Origin: Azolla caroliniana
Lineage: Eukaryota; Plantae; Polypodiophyta
DNA: 64,000 nt
Direction of reading: 5' to 3'
NCBI GenBank assembly: GCA_043228905.1
Contig: JBHGNT010000012.1
Coordinates: forward strand, 7,936,001-8,000,000
The notes under the pieces are model-generated. The model was not told the DNA's origin. It did no database searches and saw only the letters and a program-made list of their open reading frames with translations. Of the stretch, positions 22,531-35,579 are shown piece by piece. Both the position numbers and the translations under genes were made by a program. How positions within the stretch are numbered: the first letter of the stretch is position 1; each line of letters begins with the position of its first letter.

Positions 22531-25500
22531 TATTAGAGACATGTACTAAAGTAAGCATTAGATAAGGATAGATCTAGGTAGATAGAAAGAAAGGAGAGAG
22601 AGAAAGAAGGGTGTCGATCCACCCGACCACCCTCGAGCGAAGGGATCGAGACGGACTCGAGCCTCGATCGGCGTCCCATACCACCGCCGTGGCGTCGAGT
22701 CGTACCTAGTGCTGGCGCGCTCACTACAAGAGTTGATCCACCACAAGACAGAGTCTCGACGTAGTCAACAAGATGATCAAATGAGGGTAGCTAGGCCTCT
22801 TATTTATAGTGATACCCAAGGCCCCCAGGCAAGTTCACACTTGGCCTAATGGGTTGTCTCAATCCCGAGGATTAAAAGTAATTCTCGCCTTCTTTACACT
22901 CTCGTTTAACCCTCACACTTATCCACGTGTATAAAATACTACAGTAAATTCTCACCACGGGATATTAAATGGTCATGCCCGTAACATACTCCCCCTCTTT
23001 AAAACATTGCACTCTTGCAATGGAAAGTTAGGGAAGTTAGTTTTGAGAGTACTCTCACGTTCCCATGTGGCATCTTTTATTGATTTATCCATCCATTTTA
23101 TTTTAAATTCTCGTATTTCTTTTGTACGTAATTTTTTTGTTTTAACATCGAGAATTCTTTCTGGTACATGTGGTTTAGAAGATACATCTTTGGCAGTAAC
23201 CAGAGTTTCAGTTGTAACTGTATTGTCGCCAGAACCTAGAAGTTCTTTTAGATGACTCACATGAAAAACTGGATGAATTCCAACACCATCGAGAAGAGTG
23301 AGACGATAGGCTGATGACCCAATCCGTTTGAGGACTGTAAAAGGTCCACAAAACCGTGGGGCTAACTTAGCGCACTTACCCGTAGACAATGTCTTAGAAT
23401 TGTGAGGTACACGTAAAAATACTTTCTATCCAGGGTTGAATACATGAGGTTGCCTATGATGATCGGCATAAAAACGCGCTCTATCTTGAGCTGTTTTTAT
23501 ATTATCTCGTGCAATATGCAACATATCTTGCATATCCCGAAGAAAGTTTTGCGTACTTCGCAACTCATCATGATGTATATTAACATCAATCGGGGCTCGT
23601 GGCTGAAAACCATACATCAATATAAAAGGACTATATCTCGTCGACGTATGCTTGGAGTTGTTATAAGCAATCTCCAAAATTGGGAGATAACGTTCCCATT
23701 TTGTTGGTTTTGTACCAATGTATGCTCGAAGCATGTCCTCAATAATTTGATTTACTCATTCTGTTTGTCCATCAGATTGAGGATGATCCGTGGAGCTCAT
23801 GCTCAACGTAGTTTCTAACTTCTTAAAGACTTGTGTCCAGAAGTCACTAGTAAATTTTGGATCTTGATCACTCACGATATCCATCGGTAACCCATAAAAA
23901 TGAAATAACTCGTCCACGAATTGGTAAGCCAATCCAGGAGCTGTTACTGTGGTTTTAGTAGCAATAAATCTTGCCATTTTAGTTAGTCGATCAACCACAA
24001 CCCAGATGGCATCATGGTCTTTTTGGGTGTGAGGAAGACTAACAATAAAATCCATGGATATACTTTCCCACTTATTATTGGGAATGTCCAAGGGATGTAA
24101 AAGTCCTGCGGCTTTAAGTCGCTCGGCTTTGTTAACTTGACATTGGTGACATTTAGTCACATAGTTATGTATGTCAGGGCCAATAAAATTGAGTGGAGAT
24201 GAGAACGAGTGTACGATGTATTCCAGGGTGCCCTGCTGAGGGTGCATCATGGCATTCAAAAAGAATCTTCTTTTTGACCTCAGGTAAATCTGGAACACAA
24301 ACCTTCCCATTACGGTAGAGCAGACCGTTAGCAATGTGGAAGTATTCCTTTGAGGATGTGGTGGTGTCTGTTCCAGACTCAACTCTTGCCTAGTATTTTG
24401 CGAAATAACTATCATCAGGATACTTCCCTCGAAGGTGATCATAAAGATCTGATGTTATTTCAATGACGCTAAGCATGTTAACTTCACAGATGCGACTTAG
24501 TGCATCAACGATAGTATTCATGGAACCTTTACGATATCGTATGGAAAAATCAAAGTCCTGGATGAGATCTGCCCATCGTGCCTTACAACCTTTCAGGTCT
24601 TGTTGGTCACAAAAATATTTCAAGGACTCGTGGTCCGTAGTTACCACAAAGCGATTTCCATAAACATAATAGCGTCTTTTTTTGATTGCATGTATAACTA
24701 CAAAAAATTCATTTTCTTGAATGGTATATTGACATTGAGCAGAATCAAGTTTCTTACTCTCGAATGCTATTGGTTTACCATCTTGATATAAGACAACACC
24801 TATAGCATAATCGCTTGCATCGGTTTCAACCTCAAAAGGTTTTGAAGGATCGGGTAAAAGAAGTGAAGGAGCCTTGCATACCAGGTCCTTGAGTTCCTTA
24901 AAGGCGAGGTCTAGTGTAGCATTCCACACAATAGGTTTTGTAGACTTACGCGTTTGACCTTTTAGAAGATCAGTAAACGACGTCGTCAATTGGGAGTAAT
25001 TACGAAGGGATTTTCGCAAAAACCCGACAAAACCAAGGAATGATCGAACTTCTCGAATGTTCCGAAGAGTGGATCAAAGCTTGATTTTCTCGATGCGAGA
25101 ATGATCAATTTCAACTCCTAGTTCGGTTATGAGATGTCCAAGATAAGTAATTGATTTCTTGAAGAACTCACATTTTGAGATCTTCGCGTAAAATTGTTTG
25201 TCACGCAATGTTTGTAAAACAAAGCGGACATGTTTAGCATGTTCTTGTAATGTACGACTATAAACTAAAATATCATCCAAGAAAATAACAACAAATTTTC
25301 CAAGTTGTTCTCGGAAAATGTCATTCATTTCTTGTTGAAATGTAGCCGGAGCATTGGTCAAACCAAAAGGCATAACCAAAAACTCATAATGGCCATAGCG
25401 CGTATGAAATGCCGTTTTAGGAACATTGTCCTCACTTATACGAATTTGATGGTAGCTAGTATGGAGATCAAGTTTCGTAAAATACCGAGCTCCCTGGAGA

Positions 25501-28500
25501 CGGTAAATTAGATCGTCAGCCCGGGGCAATGGATACGAATTCTTGATCGTCACTTTATTCAAGCGTCGGTAATTAATACACATACACCATGTGCCCTCTT
25601 TCTTTTTAACCAAGAGAATTGGTGCACCCCATGGAGATTTACTATAATGTATATAACCCATTTGTAAATAGTCCTTGAGTTGTTTAGATACCTCATCCTC
25701 TTCGGATCGACTTAAGTGATAAGGAGGTATACTTATTGGTGCAACGCCAGGTACAATATCTATACGATGGTCTATATTACGTTTAGGAGGTAACCCATCT
25801 GGTAGTTCACTCGGAAAAACATCACGAAAATCATTTAAGATTTCGTCATGTTGTTGTTGTTCAAAATATGTTAATTGAACTGAGACATTACGATATTGTA
25901 AACGTGAATGTCCAGATCAAGTACACAATAAAATAGAGTAGAACAAGACAACTCAGATATTGATGGACACGAGGAAACAATCGAGAGGGATTGTTTTTTT
26001 ACACATTGAATAAAATGAGTACAATCGTTCTGTACAAATGTAATTGAATGATGAACCCAATCAATAGATAAAGAAGAGCTTTTATTATAGAACCAGGGAT
26101 AACCCAATATTACATCGGTGGTACAAAGATTCATTACATGGAAGTCTACTTCCTCTATATAAGTGTCAATGGAAATTCCTAATGAATGAATCGCCCCGTT
26201 GATGTATTGTGCTCTTCCATCAACCAAGTGCACTGTGTAGGTGTGATCACTTACGGTGGGTTGGATTCCCCATATCTGAACCAAACGATCATTCACAAAG
26301 TTGTGTGAGCTTCCCGAATCAAATAAAAATTGTATGGGAGATCCATTGATATACCCATTTGCACGTAGTAAATCATTGGGACCCAATACATAGTGAGAGA
26401 AAGAACATTGACAATTACTTAAATGATGTGTATAGACCTGAAGGAAATTAGGAATCTGACCTTTATGGTCTGCAACTTTAGTTGTGTTGTCGTGCTCTTT
26501 CCGTTGGAGCTTTCGACATTGATCTTTTGTATGACCCTTCTTTTTGCAGAATACGCAAAAAGGATGTTGTCGCTTACAATCGCGATCCATGAATTCGTTG
26601 GGTGTCTTGCGTTTCCCAAGGAATTGCGACTGCTTAGTCCTGGGCGCTTCGTTGGGTTTGTTGTGGTCCTTCTTCGGAGTGCGTTGATAGCGAAGAACTA
26701 TTTCAACGGCCTCTTCGAAGGATTTTGGATCCTTATCGTGCACTATCCAATGATAGTCCGAATTGGGGATGCCATTGACAAAACAAGCTATTAACTAGTT
26801 GTCCCCTTTTAGACTCGATTTTTGGATTTGGGTTCTAGCATGGTGGACATATTCTTCTAGCGAGGAAAACTTCCTGCTAGAGAGGTTCATTAAAGCTTGT
26901 GCTGCCTCGGTTCGAGAGGGAGGTTGCAGAAATTGGCCCTTAAAAACTGTGACAAAATCTGTCCAGGTATTGGGCAATTTCCCCAACGTACGGAGCCCAC
27001 GCCACCAGGCAGCGGCCTTACCCCCTAGTTCTCGGCCGACATATGCAATCTTTGTACTATCTGGCGTGGGATAGAGCTAAAAATGAGACTCCCATCGGCC
27101 CAGCCACGTGCAAATTGCTTCTTCGGTTCTTTCCTTTTTGTCTCCCGTAAATGGCTTAACGATAAACGATGGTTCACCCTGTCGCTCATCAGGTCTATTA
27201 GTCTCACGTTGTAGACTAATGACACGTGCCTCGAGAGCACTTTGAGATTGCCGAAGTTTGGTCATTTGTTGAGCGGTAAAACTAAGGTATTGGGTTATTT
27301 GCGAAAAATACATCTCAATGGACATTTGTCCAGGAGGATTCCCTTGAGCGGATGACATCGGGTCGTTATTTTGAGCCATTAAATGATTATTTCTGGAAAA
27401 GAAATAGAATAAGGTAAGAGAGAAAGTCATAACATCATGTCGTGATGTAAACCTATCATGGGCGAGCATTAATCGATATCATTATCTCACGTCAATACCC
27501 CTCTAGACGTATGAGATGAGGTTCAAGATCAGGTTACTATGGTAACACAAAGGTGTTTAAAAAACCATGGGGGTGACAAATAAATGTCTTTCCCTGATCT
27601 CTATATCGATTTTTTCATGGTGGCTCCCCGAGGCTCAACCATGTATGTTCGCGTCATGAATAGTTTATACACGATTTTTTTTTTAACAATAAACTATGTT
27701 TCGGTGCCCACATATGTGGTTTCGGCTCTTTAAGTCCTATTACGAGGACCCCGAAGTGCACTTAGACCTCAAGTCTAAACATGTGTTATAGTCATATGTA
27801 TCAACGATGTTGTATGGTCTTGGTCATATTTGAACTCGAGACCTCGAGAACAAATGCATTAAACACTTCAGGCCAACCAAGTAGGTTGCTCTTCTTGAAT
27901 GTTTAATGTTTCATGCGTATAAGAGATATGTGAGGCATTTGCCCATATATGTTTTTTTAAAAGAAACATATATGTCAAGAGTCCTTATTTCGCCCTCATT
28001 TACTACAACTATGTTGGTATGTTACCTAACCTCAAGTCTCGTAATTACGATGGCATACGCCAAAGTGCAACCTAATGGTCAAGCCAAATGAGCCCTCTTT
28101 TCGTAGTAGGCCCACGTGGCCCATCACATGGTCACATCATTACGAATGCCTCTCGTAAGAATGATCTCATGGTGGCATCGTATCCATGTAATGAGGGAGG
28201 GATATTGGATACGTGTGTCATAAGAGAGACCTCACATGAAGTAGGTCAAGCCCTATGTACTCAAAATCGTTATGGCTATAGCGTTTCTTTACGTAATGAA
28301 ATATCGAAGTCACCAACGGGGATTTCAACAATAAAAAATTGTTGAAAAAAGGGATGGTGACAACGCTATTCTCACAAAAATGTGAGGACGGCCACCAAGA
28401 TCCTTTCCCCAAAAAGGAAAACATTCGATTTAAAATCACGTAATAACTTATATACACATATGTATATTATCACATATATACGATCAACTACGTATACACG

Positions 28501-29531
28501 TGACCACATATGCCTATATTAAAGAAATCGTTATATTTAATAGCCAAAAATGACGTAATCGAGATACGTAATCGAGGCATATACCTCTACGCACACGAGA
28601 CATCCAAAAATAAGGGTTCAACATAATACGCAATTGAGGTATTGACCTCTTAGACATACGAGACCACACGCATATCATTTACAACAAAATCGAGGTGTTG
28701 ACCTCATACGCAAACATAACATATGTTCGTGAACGTAATACGTAAATGAGGTATTAACCTCGTATGCATACGACACTCATCACATATTATTTATATGTCA
28801 AACGAGGTATTGACTTCGTGCACATATGTAAGCGTTTTAGATAACCAATTAAATACCACTACAACATCATTTAATTAATGAAAATAATCTACATATTAAC
28901 CATACACATGATTAGATGGGAGAAGAAAAAATAGACCAAAAATAACAAGAAAGATTACCGAAGTTCCTTGTTGATCCTTGTCTACATGAAGGCCAACCGC
29001 ACAACGATCAATCGCCATCCATCGAGAAGATAAGACCAACAAAAGAAACATTAGTACAAAGGCTCTGATACCAAATATTAGAGACATGTACTAAAGTAAG
29101 CATTAGATAAGGATAGATCTAGGTAGATAGAAAGAAAGGAGAGAGAGAAAGAAGGGTGTTGATCCACCCGACCACCCCCGAGCGAAGGGATCAAGACGGA
29201 CTCGAGCCTTGATCGGCGTCCCATACCACCGCCGTGGCGTCGAGTCGTACCTGGTGCTGGCGCGCTCGCTACAAGAGTTGACCCACCACAAGATAGAGTC
29301 TCGACGTAGTCAACAAGATGATCAAATGAGGGTAGCTAGGCCTCTTATTTATAGCGATACCCAAGGCCCCCAGGCAAGTTCACACTTGGCCTAATGGGTT
29401 GTCTCAATCCCGAGGATTAAAAGTAATTCTCGCCTTCTTTACACTCTCGTTTAACCCTCACACTTATCCACGTGTATAAAATACTACGGTAAATTCTCAC
29501 CACAGGATATTATATGGTCATGCTCGTAACA
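22531..29531 (-). mobile_element. Full-length Met-primed chromovirus (Ty3/gypsy; Tekay/Reina-like), degenerate
   Basis: LTRs 22531-22986 and 29076-29531, TSD cagcc/caacc, PBS TGGTATCAGAGCC at 29061-29073, PPT at ~22987-23000. Confidence 0.92.
22990..27379 (-). pseudogene. gag-pol with chromodomain (several stops and frameshifts)
   Basis: [79 protein letters not shown]. Confidence 0.9.
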
Positions 29532-30848
29532 CAACCACAATACCAACAGTCTTCCATGGCCTTTCCTTGCAGGCTTCCGATGCCACCTTGACTCCCCCTA
29601 CTCATGGAGGGTCTGGAACTGCTGTCAACACCACCTCTGTGCCTTCTTCCCTACTCTTTTCGGCCACCTCCATTGCATGCTGACCCACCTCGTCCACGAT
29701 GAACACGGGGCCGATCTGACCCCGGGTACAACATCTCGTTGTGCACGTGCGTGCTCATTGACGCACCTGCGTGGTTTTCTTCAACAAGCAGCGTGGACTG
29801 CAACTCGAAGAAGGACAAGGTATTCTCTCTCGTGCAAACCGCCGTTGGGAATGATCCAAACCTAGACGTCAACCCTCCAATGCAAACCTACACCATTTTG
29901 TCCACCTCAATAGTCACGTTGATGGAGGCGAGAGAGTTGCAGATCTCCTTGATTCGAGCAGTGTAATTGGCCACAGATAGACCTTTCTACCAGACATTGC
30001 TAAGCTCCTGCCTAAGCTATAACTTCCTGGTGGCACATCTTTTGGCGTCTTGGCATCTCGAATGGAGCTGAGTAGCTGATCTCCGACACTGGATGCAAAG
30101 CAGTACACATCTCTGCTTGTTGCCTGCCTACATCATTCACTCCTTCAACATAACTTCAGTATCCGTGAGCAAAGAGGTATTGGTGCATCTTGTACAACCA
30201 AGATGCGTAGTTGCTCCTATCGATCTTTTTTGTCAGAAGTGACCTTCCCAAACCTCTGTCCATGTTCCTGTCTTTTCTTCTCCAGAAGACAAAAGCTTAT
30301 CTCTGTCTTGTTCACTTTGTCAGTAGTAGAGGATTCTTCTAGCCCTCACACTCTGATACCATGTAAAAGAATACATGTGGAAGGATTCTTCTGGTAACTT
30401 AGCACAAAATACACAGTCAGTTATCTAGAGGTATAACAGATATGTAAACACAGAGTAATGGTGAGTGAGAGCAGACAACAAAAAATTCTATTATAAAAAA
30501 GGCTCAATACATTACATAGTGCTTAAGTGCATTTCATATATACATGCCCATCTGTTAGGGTTGTTATGAAGTACTGATATGTACTTCAATGTTCTTAAAA
30601 GAACATCTGACACTAATTGCCTACGTTGGACTTATTTAATAAAATAGGTCTAATCGGCATGTGTGACGTTCCAAATAGCTTCCTAAGCCGCTCCATCATC
30701 CGGATCCGACATCCGGATCCGGTATCCAGCTTCTTTAGTCGATCCAAAATCTGGTCCGGGAACTAGGCCTAGCCAACCGGTTCAATTCCAGTCTGACCTA
30801 TCGACTTGTCTAGCTGGTCCGGCCCATGTTGAGCTTGCTCGCTCAACA
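29532..30848 (-). mobile_element. 5' part of the host copia element (gag fragment, iMet PBS 30351-30361, 5' LTR 30362-30848)
   Basis: TRENTLSFFELQSTLLVEEN gag motif; CTCTGATACCA; LTR TGTAAAA..GCTCAACA similar to 43425-43810. Confidence 0.8.
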
Positions 30849-30858
30849 TGGATGAGGT

Positions 30859-31374
30859 TGAAGAGAAATGCGCTGAATATCGTTCGGCCACAACTGAGTA
30901 GTAAATCACTTCTTTGAGAATCAAACACAGAAATGGGAAATGGAGAGTACACAAGAAAATGACACAGGATGTTTACGTGGAAAACCCTAATAGGGGAAAA
31001 AAACCATGGGAGCCCACAGACTCCGAACTATCACTATGAAGAGAAGGGGTACAATAAGAGACTCATAGGCAACAACCTCAAGCTCTGTATCTTCACCAAG
31101 CGGTGGTTACAACAAAGTATCGCTCTGTATCTCTCACTCCCTCCTTGTTGCTCTCACTATACAATAGTTGCAGCAATATGACAACAACACAATCACACAC
31201 ATAGAGTGATTGCCCTAAGTCATATTTATAGTTGTATGAACGTAGGGCTATTTACAAATATAGCCTCAATGGGCTTATTCAAGACATATTTACAAATCTG
31301 TCTTCTCTTCCGGTTCTCACCGGGTCCTCTTTATCCATCACCGGATTCCATCCGGAGAGACCGATTTCCCAACA
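30859..31374 (-). repeat. Solo LTR (copia, Tork/Tnt1-like) with perfect 5-bp TSD
   Basis: TG..CA termini flanked by GAGGT on both sides (30854-30858, 31375-31379); GTTTACGTGGAAAACCCT motif. Confidence 0.85.
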
Positions 31375-32519
31375 GAGGTCAACATTGGTCTCTCACATCA
31401 CCAATGTGACTTTGAGTGTATGGTTGACTTGGGTGTCATCCCCACTCATAATTCTAAATTTGTTCAAACACTTAGCTCACATTTTCCTACCACGACACAA
31501 TCAAATGATTACATTTCCCCTAACATGAATTCCTCTTACCCTCACCATCTACAAGGATCTTCACCCTCACTGTCTACCTCTCTCCAAACTTCCCCTTTCC
31601 TGCTTACATCGTTTTCCCACATTACCTCCTGTTGGCCATCCGCCTCTTCACCTCCCACTCCTTCCAAAATTTATATGAAAAGTAACCAGCCAGGACACGC
31701 TATCGTGGTGCGGCGTGTTCAATGTGAGAAAAAGCGAGGTTTGACTCACATCTCATGAAATAATCTAGACATATAAATAATAATTATTATAATAAATAAC
31801 TTGTAGTAGCTTAGTGGTTAAGGCTTATAATTATATATAGACAGGTGTAGAGTTCGAGTCTCTCTTGTTACAAATCAAGTAATATTTTGCTCCCCTTCCA
31901 TTTTTGTGATACAAATAAAAGCATGCAATGTAAAAATAGACGCCTCTTTCCTCTATATGAGGGGAGGAATATGGCTTATTTTGAGGGTCGCTCATTTTGC
32001 CTTAGGGGTATACCACTAGGGTTTCATCATCTTCTCATCATCTTCTTGGGTTAGGGTTTCGTAACCTCCCTTTTTCCTTCTTCTTTTTCTCGTAGGGTTA
32101 GGGGTTTAGAGCTTCTTCTTTCTACTTTTCTATCTTTCTCCTCAACATATTAGAGAACCCGAGGTTTAGGGTTTTATGTTCCTTATTTAGCGTGTAGGGT
32201 TCATCTTTCTTATGAGTTTTAGGGTTGTGAATTTTGCATCCACTTGTGAACCAGGGTTTGGGTTTGGGTTCCTTATACAACGACTTCTTCAACACCTCCA
32301 TGATGGTCAACTTGGTGGCCGGTTGCGGAAGAGAGGTTGTAGTGGCACGAAAGCTACTCCGAATTGAGGCAACATAGCCATCGGAAGTAGTCGAGCTCGG
32401 AGCGCACTAGAATCGCCTTCATCAGATTATTTTCAGCCCCTTGTGTGTTGATTAGCCATTTTTGAATAATGATGAAACTATTTCTATGTAAAAGAATCAC
32501 CTAAATCGTGGTATCCAAC

Positions 32520-32722
32520 CTAACCGTTGTACAAACCCTAATTTTTGCAACATAACTCTTGTATATTTTTGTCTACATTTCTCCCTAACCTCGTGTGTAT
32601 TCTCCTTAAACATTTTCTAATCATGGTGGCGAATCTCCCACTATCCTATCTTCTTTTGTGTCCCTGGTCCAAGGCCCCGGCGGTCTCGTTCGAGCGACAC
32701 ACGCACGCGAAACTTCGCGACA
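32520..32722 (+). repeat. Probable 3' end of an LTR of the tRNA-Trp gypsy group
   Basis: GTCCAAGGCCCCGGCGGTCTC..CGCGACA resembles LTR ends at 43125-43182 and 50555-50617; left boundary unclear. Confidence 0.45.
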
Positions 32723-34255
32723 ACGTTCTCAAATGAAGTGATAGTGTACCTCAATGTGCTTGGTCTGAGTGTGAAAGTCTAGGTTGTGAGTATGTGGATA
32801 CTTCTCATGTTGTTGCAATAGGGGAGAATCGGATCCTTGATGGGAACGCCCAGATCCCTCAAGATTCATTTCAGCCAAATAGCGTCACATGCAGCAACTG
32901 TCGCACCCTTGTGCTCGTGTGACTGTCAATTACTTCTTACTGTCCCAAGATATGTCTCCACTTCCGAGGGAGGAGATGAATCCCAATGTTGATAATCTGA
33001 CGGCTTTATAGCCGGCCCAGTCAACATCAGTGTAGCCTTGAAGTCAAATCGGTGTGGACGAGTCGTATTGGATGTTGGAATCCATCATACCACTTACATA
33101 GTGTAACACTCGCTTGGCACAATCCACGTGAATGTTCCGTGGTGTCAACATAAACCGGCTACGGAGGCCGATCGGGTAGCTGAGGTCGGGCCGAGTAATG
33201 GTGAGATAAATAAGGCTTCCAACAAGATGCCAATAGTATGTCAGCTCACACGCTTCTGTGCCAAAATCAACATCTAGCTTTTGATTTCGATCGAGAGGGG
33301 TAGCAACGGGCTTACACTCTATCATCCCAAACTTGAAGAGAGAATTCAGGATATAGTGTCATTGGGAGATCATGATGCCATTAGGAGTTCGAATTACTTC
33401 TATACCTAGAAAGTAATTGAGCTCCTTCATGTCCTTCATTTCGAATTGGCTAGAGAGTAGCTTTTGATATGTTCAATATCTGCAATGTGCTCCCCTAGAA
33501 TGACTAAGTTGTCCACATATATTATGATAAATAGCTGTCCTCTAGAGTCTCTCTAGATGAACAAGGAATTCTCGGACTTGGACATTTTGAAACCGATTTG
33601 GTGAAGATATTGGGTTATGTTCAAATGTCATGCTCTAGGTGCTTGTTTGAGGTTGTAGAGAGGCTTTTGAGTCTGCATACCGATTGCGGGTGTGTGCTCG
33701 ACTTGAAGCCTGGTGGTTGTACCATGTACACCTCCTCATCTAATTCTCCTTACGGAAAGACGTTCTTTACATCCATTTGGTGAAGGTGCCACCCTTTGGC
33801 TACAACAAGCACGATCACGGTTTAGATGGTAGTCATCTTTGCCACCGGGGCAAAGGTCTGTTCATTATTGACACTATGTATTTGCGCATAACCCTTTCCA
33901 CAAGTGTGGCCTTATACCGATTGACGGTGTTGTCAGTGTTGTGCTTCAGTTAGAATATCCTCCGGCATCCGATTGCCTTTTGGTGGGGTGAAGAGGGGAC
34001 AAGATCCCACATCTCGTTTTTGGAGAGTGCTTGCATCTCCTCATTTATCGCTTCGACCCATCGCAAGTCGTTAGCGGCTTTGGAAAAGTTTTTGGGTTCC
34101 CAAATTGTCTCCACCATCATCATAAAGGCATAGTAATATGCCATGTAGTCATTGTAGCTGAATCGGCCAACTACATTCTTTTCTTGGGTGGAACGACGTG
34201 GTCGTTCACTAGTCTTCATGAACACTTTCTTTGCTCCTAGTATCCTCATGATAGG
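32723..34255 (-). mobile_element. Degenerate Ty1/copia RT-RNase H fragment
   Basis: WEPKNFSKAANDLRWVEAINEEMQAL, LVGSLIYLTITRPDLSY, GYTDVDWAG motifs. Confidence 0.85.
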
Positions 34256-35579
34256 TGTTAGGAAACAAGTCCCTCCAGATGGGATGACCACGAGGTGGAT
34301 TCGAGTTCGAAGTCCGAGAACTGGATCGAATGGATCAGAAGGAGATAGAGACCGGACCAGGACCCAAACCTAGAAGTGAATATATTTGTAAATATGTTTT
34401 TAGTGTGCCTAAGATAGGCCATATTTGTAAATAGCCTATAGTGTGTATTAGTATAAATCATTATAAAAATGTGTTGACCGACTGAGAGAGAAAGAGTAAG
34501 TGAGAGTGAGTATGTCTCCTCTATAACTATAGATTTGACGAGGAAGAACTCAAGGTCATTGCATTGCGGTCTTTGTTGTATTCCTTTCTTCTATAGTTTT
34601 TCCTATAGTTTGGCATTAGGTGACTCCCATGGTTTTTCCTTATTAGGGTTTCTACATTAAAAATACTTGTGTCTCTATACTTTTAATTTTTCTCCTCTAC
34701 TTTTAGTCATTTCGTTCTTTGCACCTGCGCACGCACATTTATCAGTCGTTGTGGCCGGTAGCATCCTTTCAAGTTGCGGACGGTATCAGAGTGATGGACG
34801 AACATTATGGTGGAATGTTCAAGTTAACTGGCTCCAACTACTCTGTGTGGAAGTCGAAGATGCATGACATGTTAGTGTGCAGTTCGGGGATGGAAAGCCA
34901 GGCAAAATTGATGCATTGACCTGGGAGGTAATGCATATGAAGATGACAACATATATCAGATGTTTTATAGACATGAGTCTATATAACAACTTCAATGAAG
35001 AGACCAAGGCGGACATACTCTAGAAGAAGATCGGCATAACATTTGAGAACAAGAATGCCGGCAACAAGGTCTCAGTATTCCGAAAGATTGTGAGACTCTG
35101 GTATCAGGGTGGCTCCAGTATGGCAATGCACCTAAATGCCTTCCAAGGACTAATAAACCAAACCACCTCTCTAGAAGTACCTCTTGCCAATGAGTTATTG
35201 GTGTTGTTGTTGCTAGGATCCCTTTCAAACAACTAGGAGATGCTTGTTGTCAAATTGGGCAACGCCGGACCATAAGGGAAACACCTATCCGTAGAGTTGG
35301 TGAAGTCAAGCTTGTTAAATGAAGAAGCTCGCCAGAAGGACAGAGAGTCTGTAACATATCCAAAGGCCTTAGTCATAAATGATTACAGGAACCAGCCAAG
35401 AGGCCAGAATAAAAGTCCACGGAATTGGGAAAAGTCAGGGACGGGGTGGGAAGCCGGGGTGCTTCAATAAGAATTGTTGACACTTCCAAAAAGAGAAAGG
35501 GGGAACTAAAGGTGCAGAGCTAAAGAAGATTCCACACAGAAAAGGCATCTAGCGATCGCAACAAGTGAGGAGGAGTTGA
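34256..35579 (+). mobile_element. Tork/Tnt1-like copia element, 5' LTR (~34256-34740) and degenerate gag; continues at 41179
   Basis: LTR similar to 30859-31374 (reverse complement), CGGTATCAGAG PBS relic near 34780, MFKLTGSNYSVWKSKMHDML gag. Confidence 0.75.
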
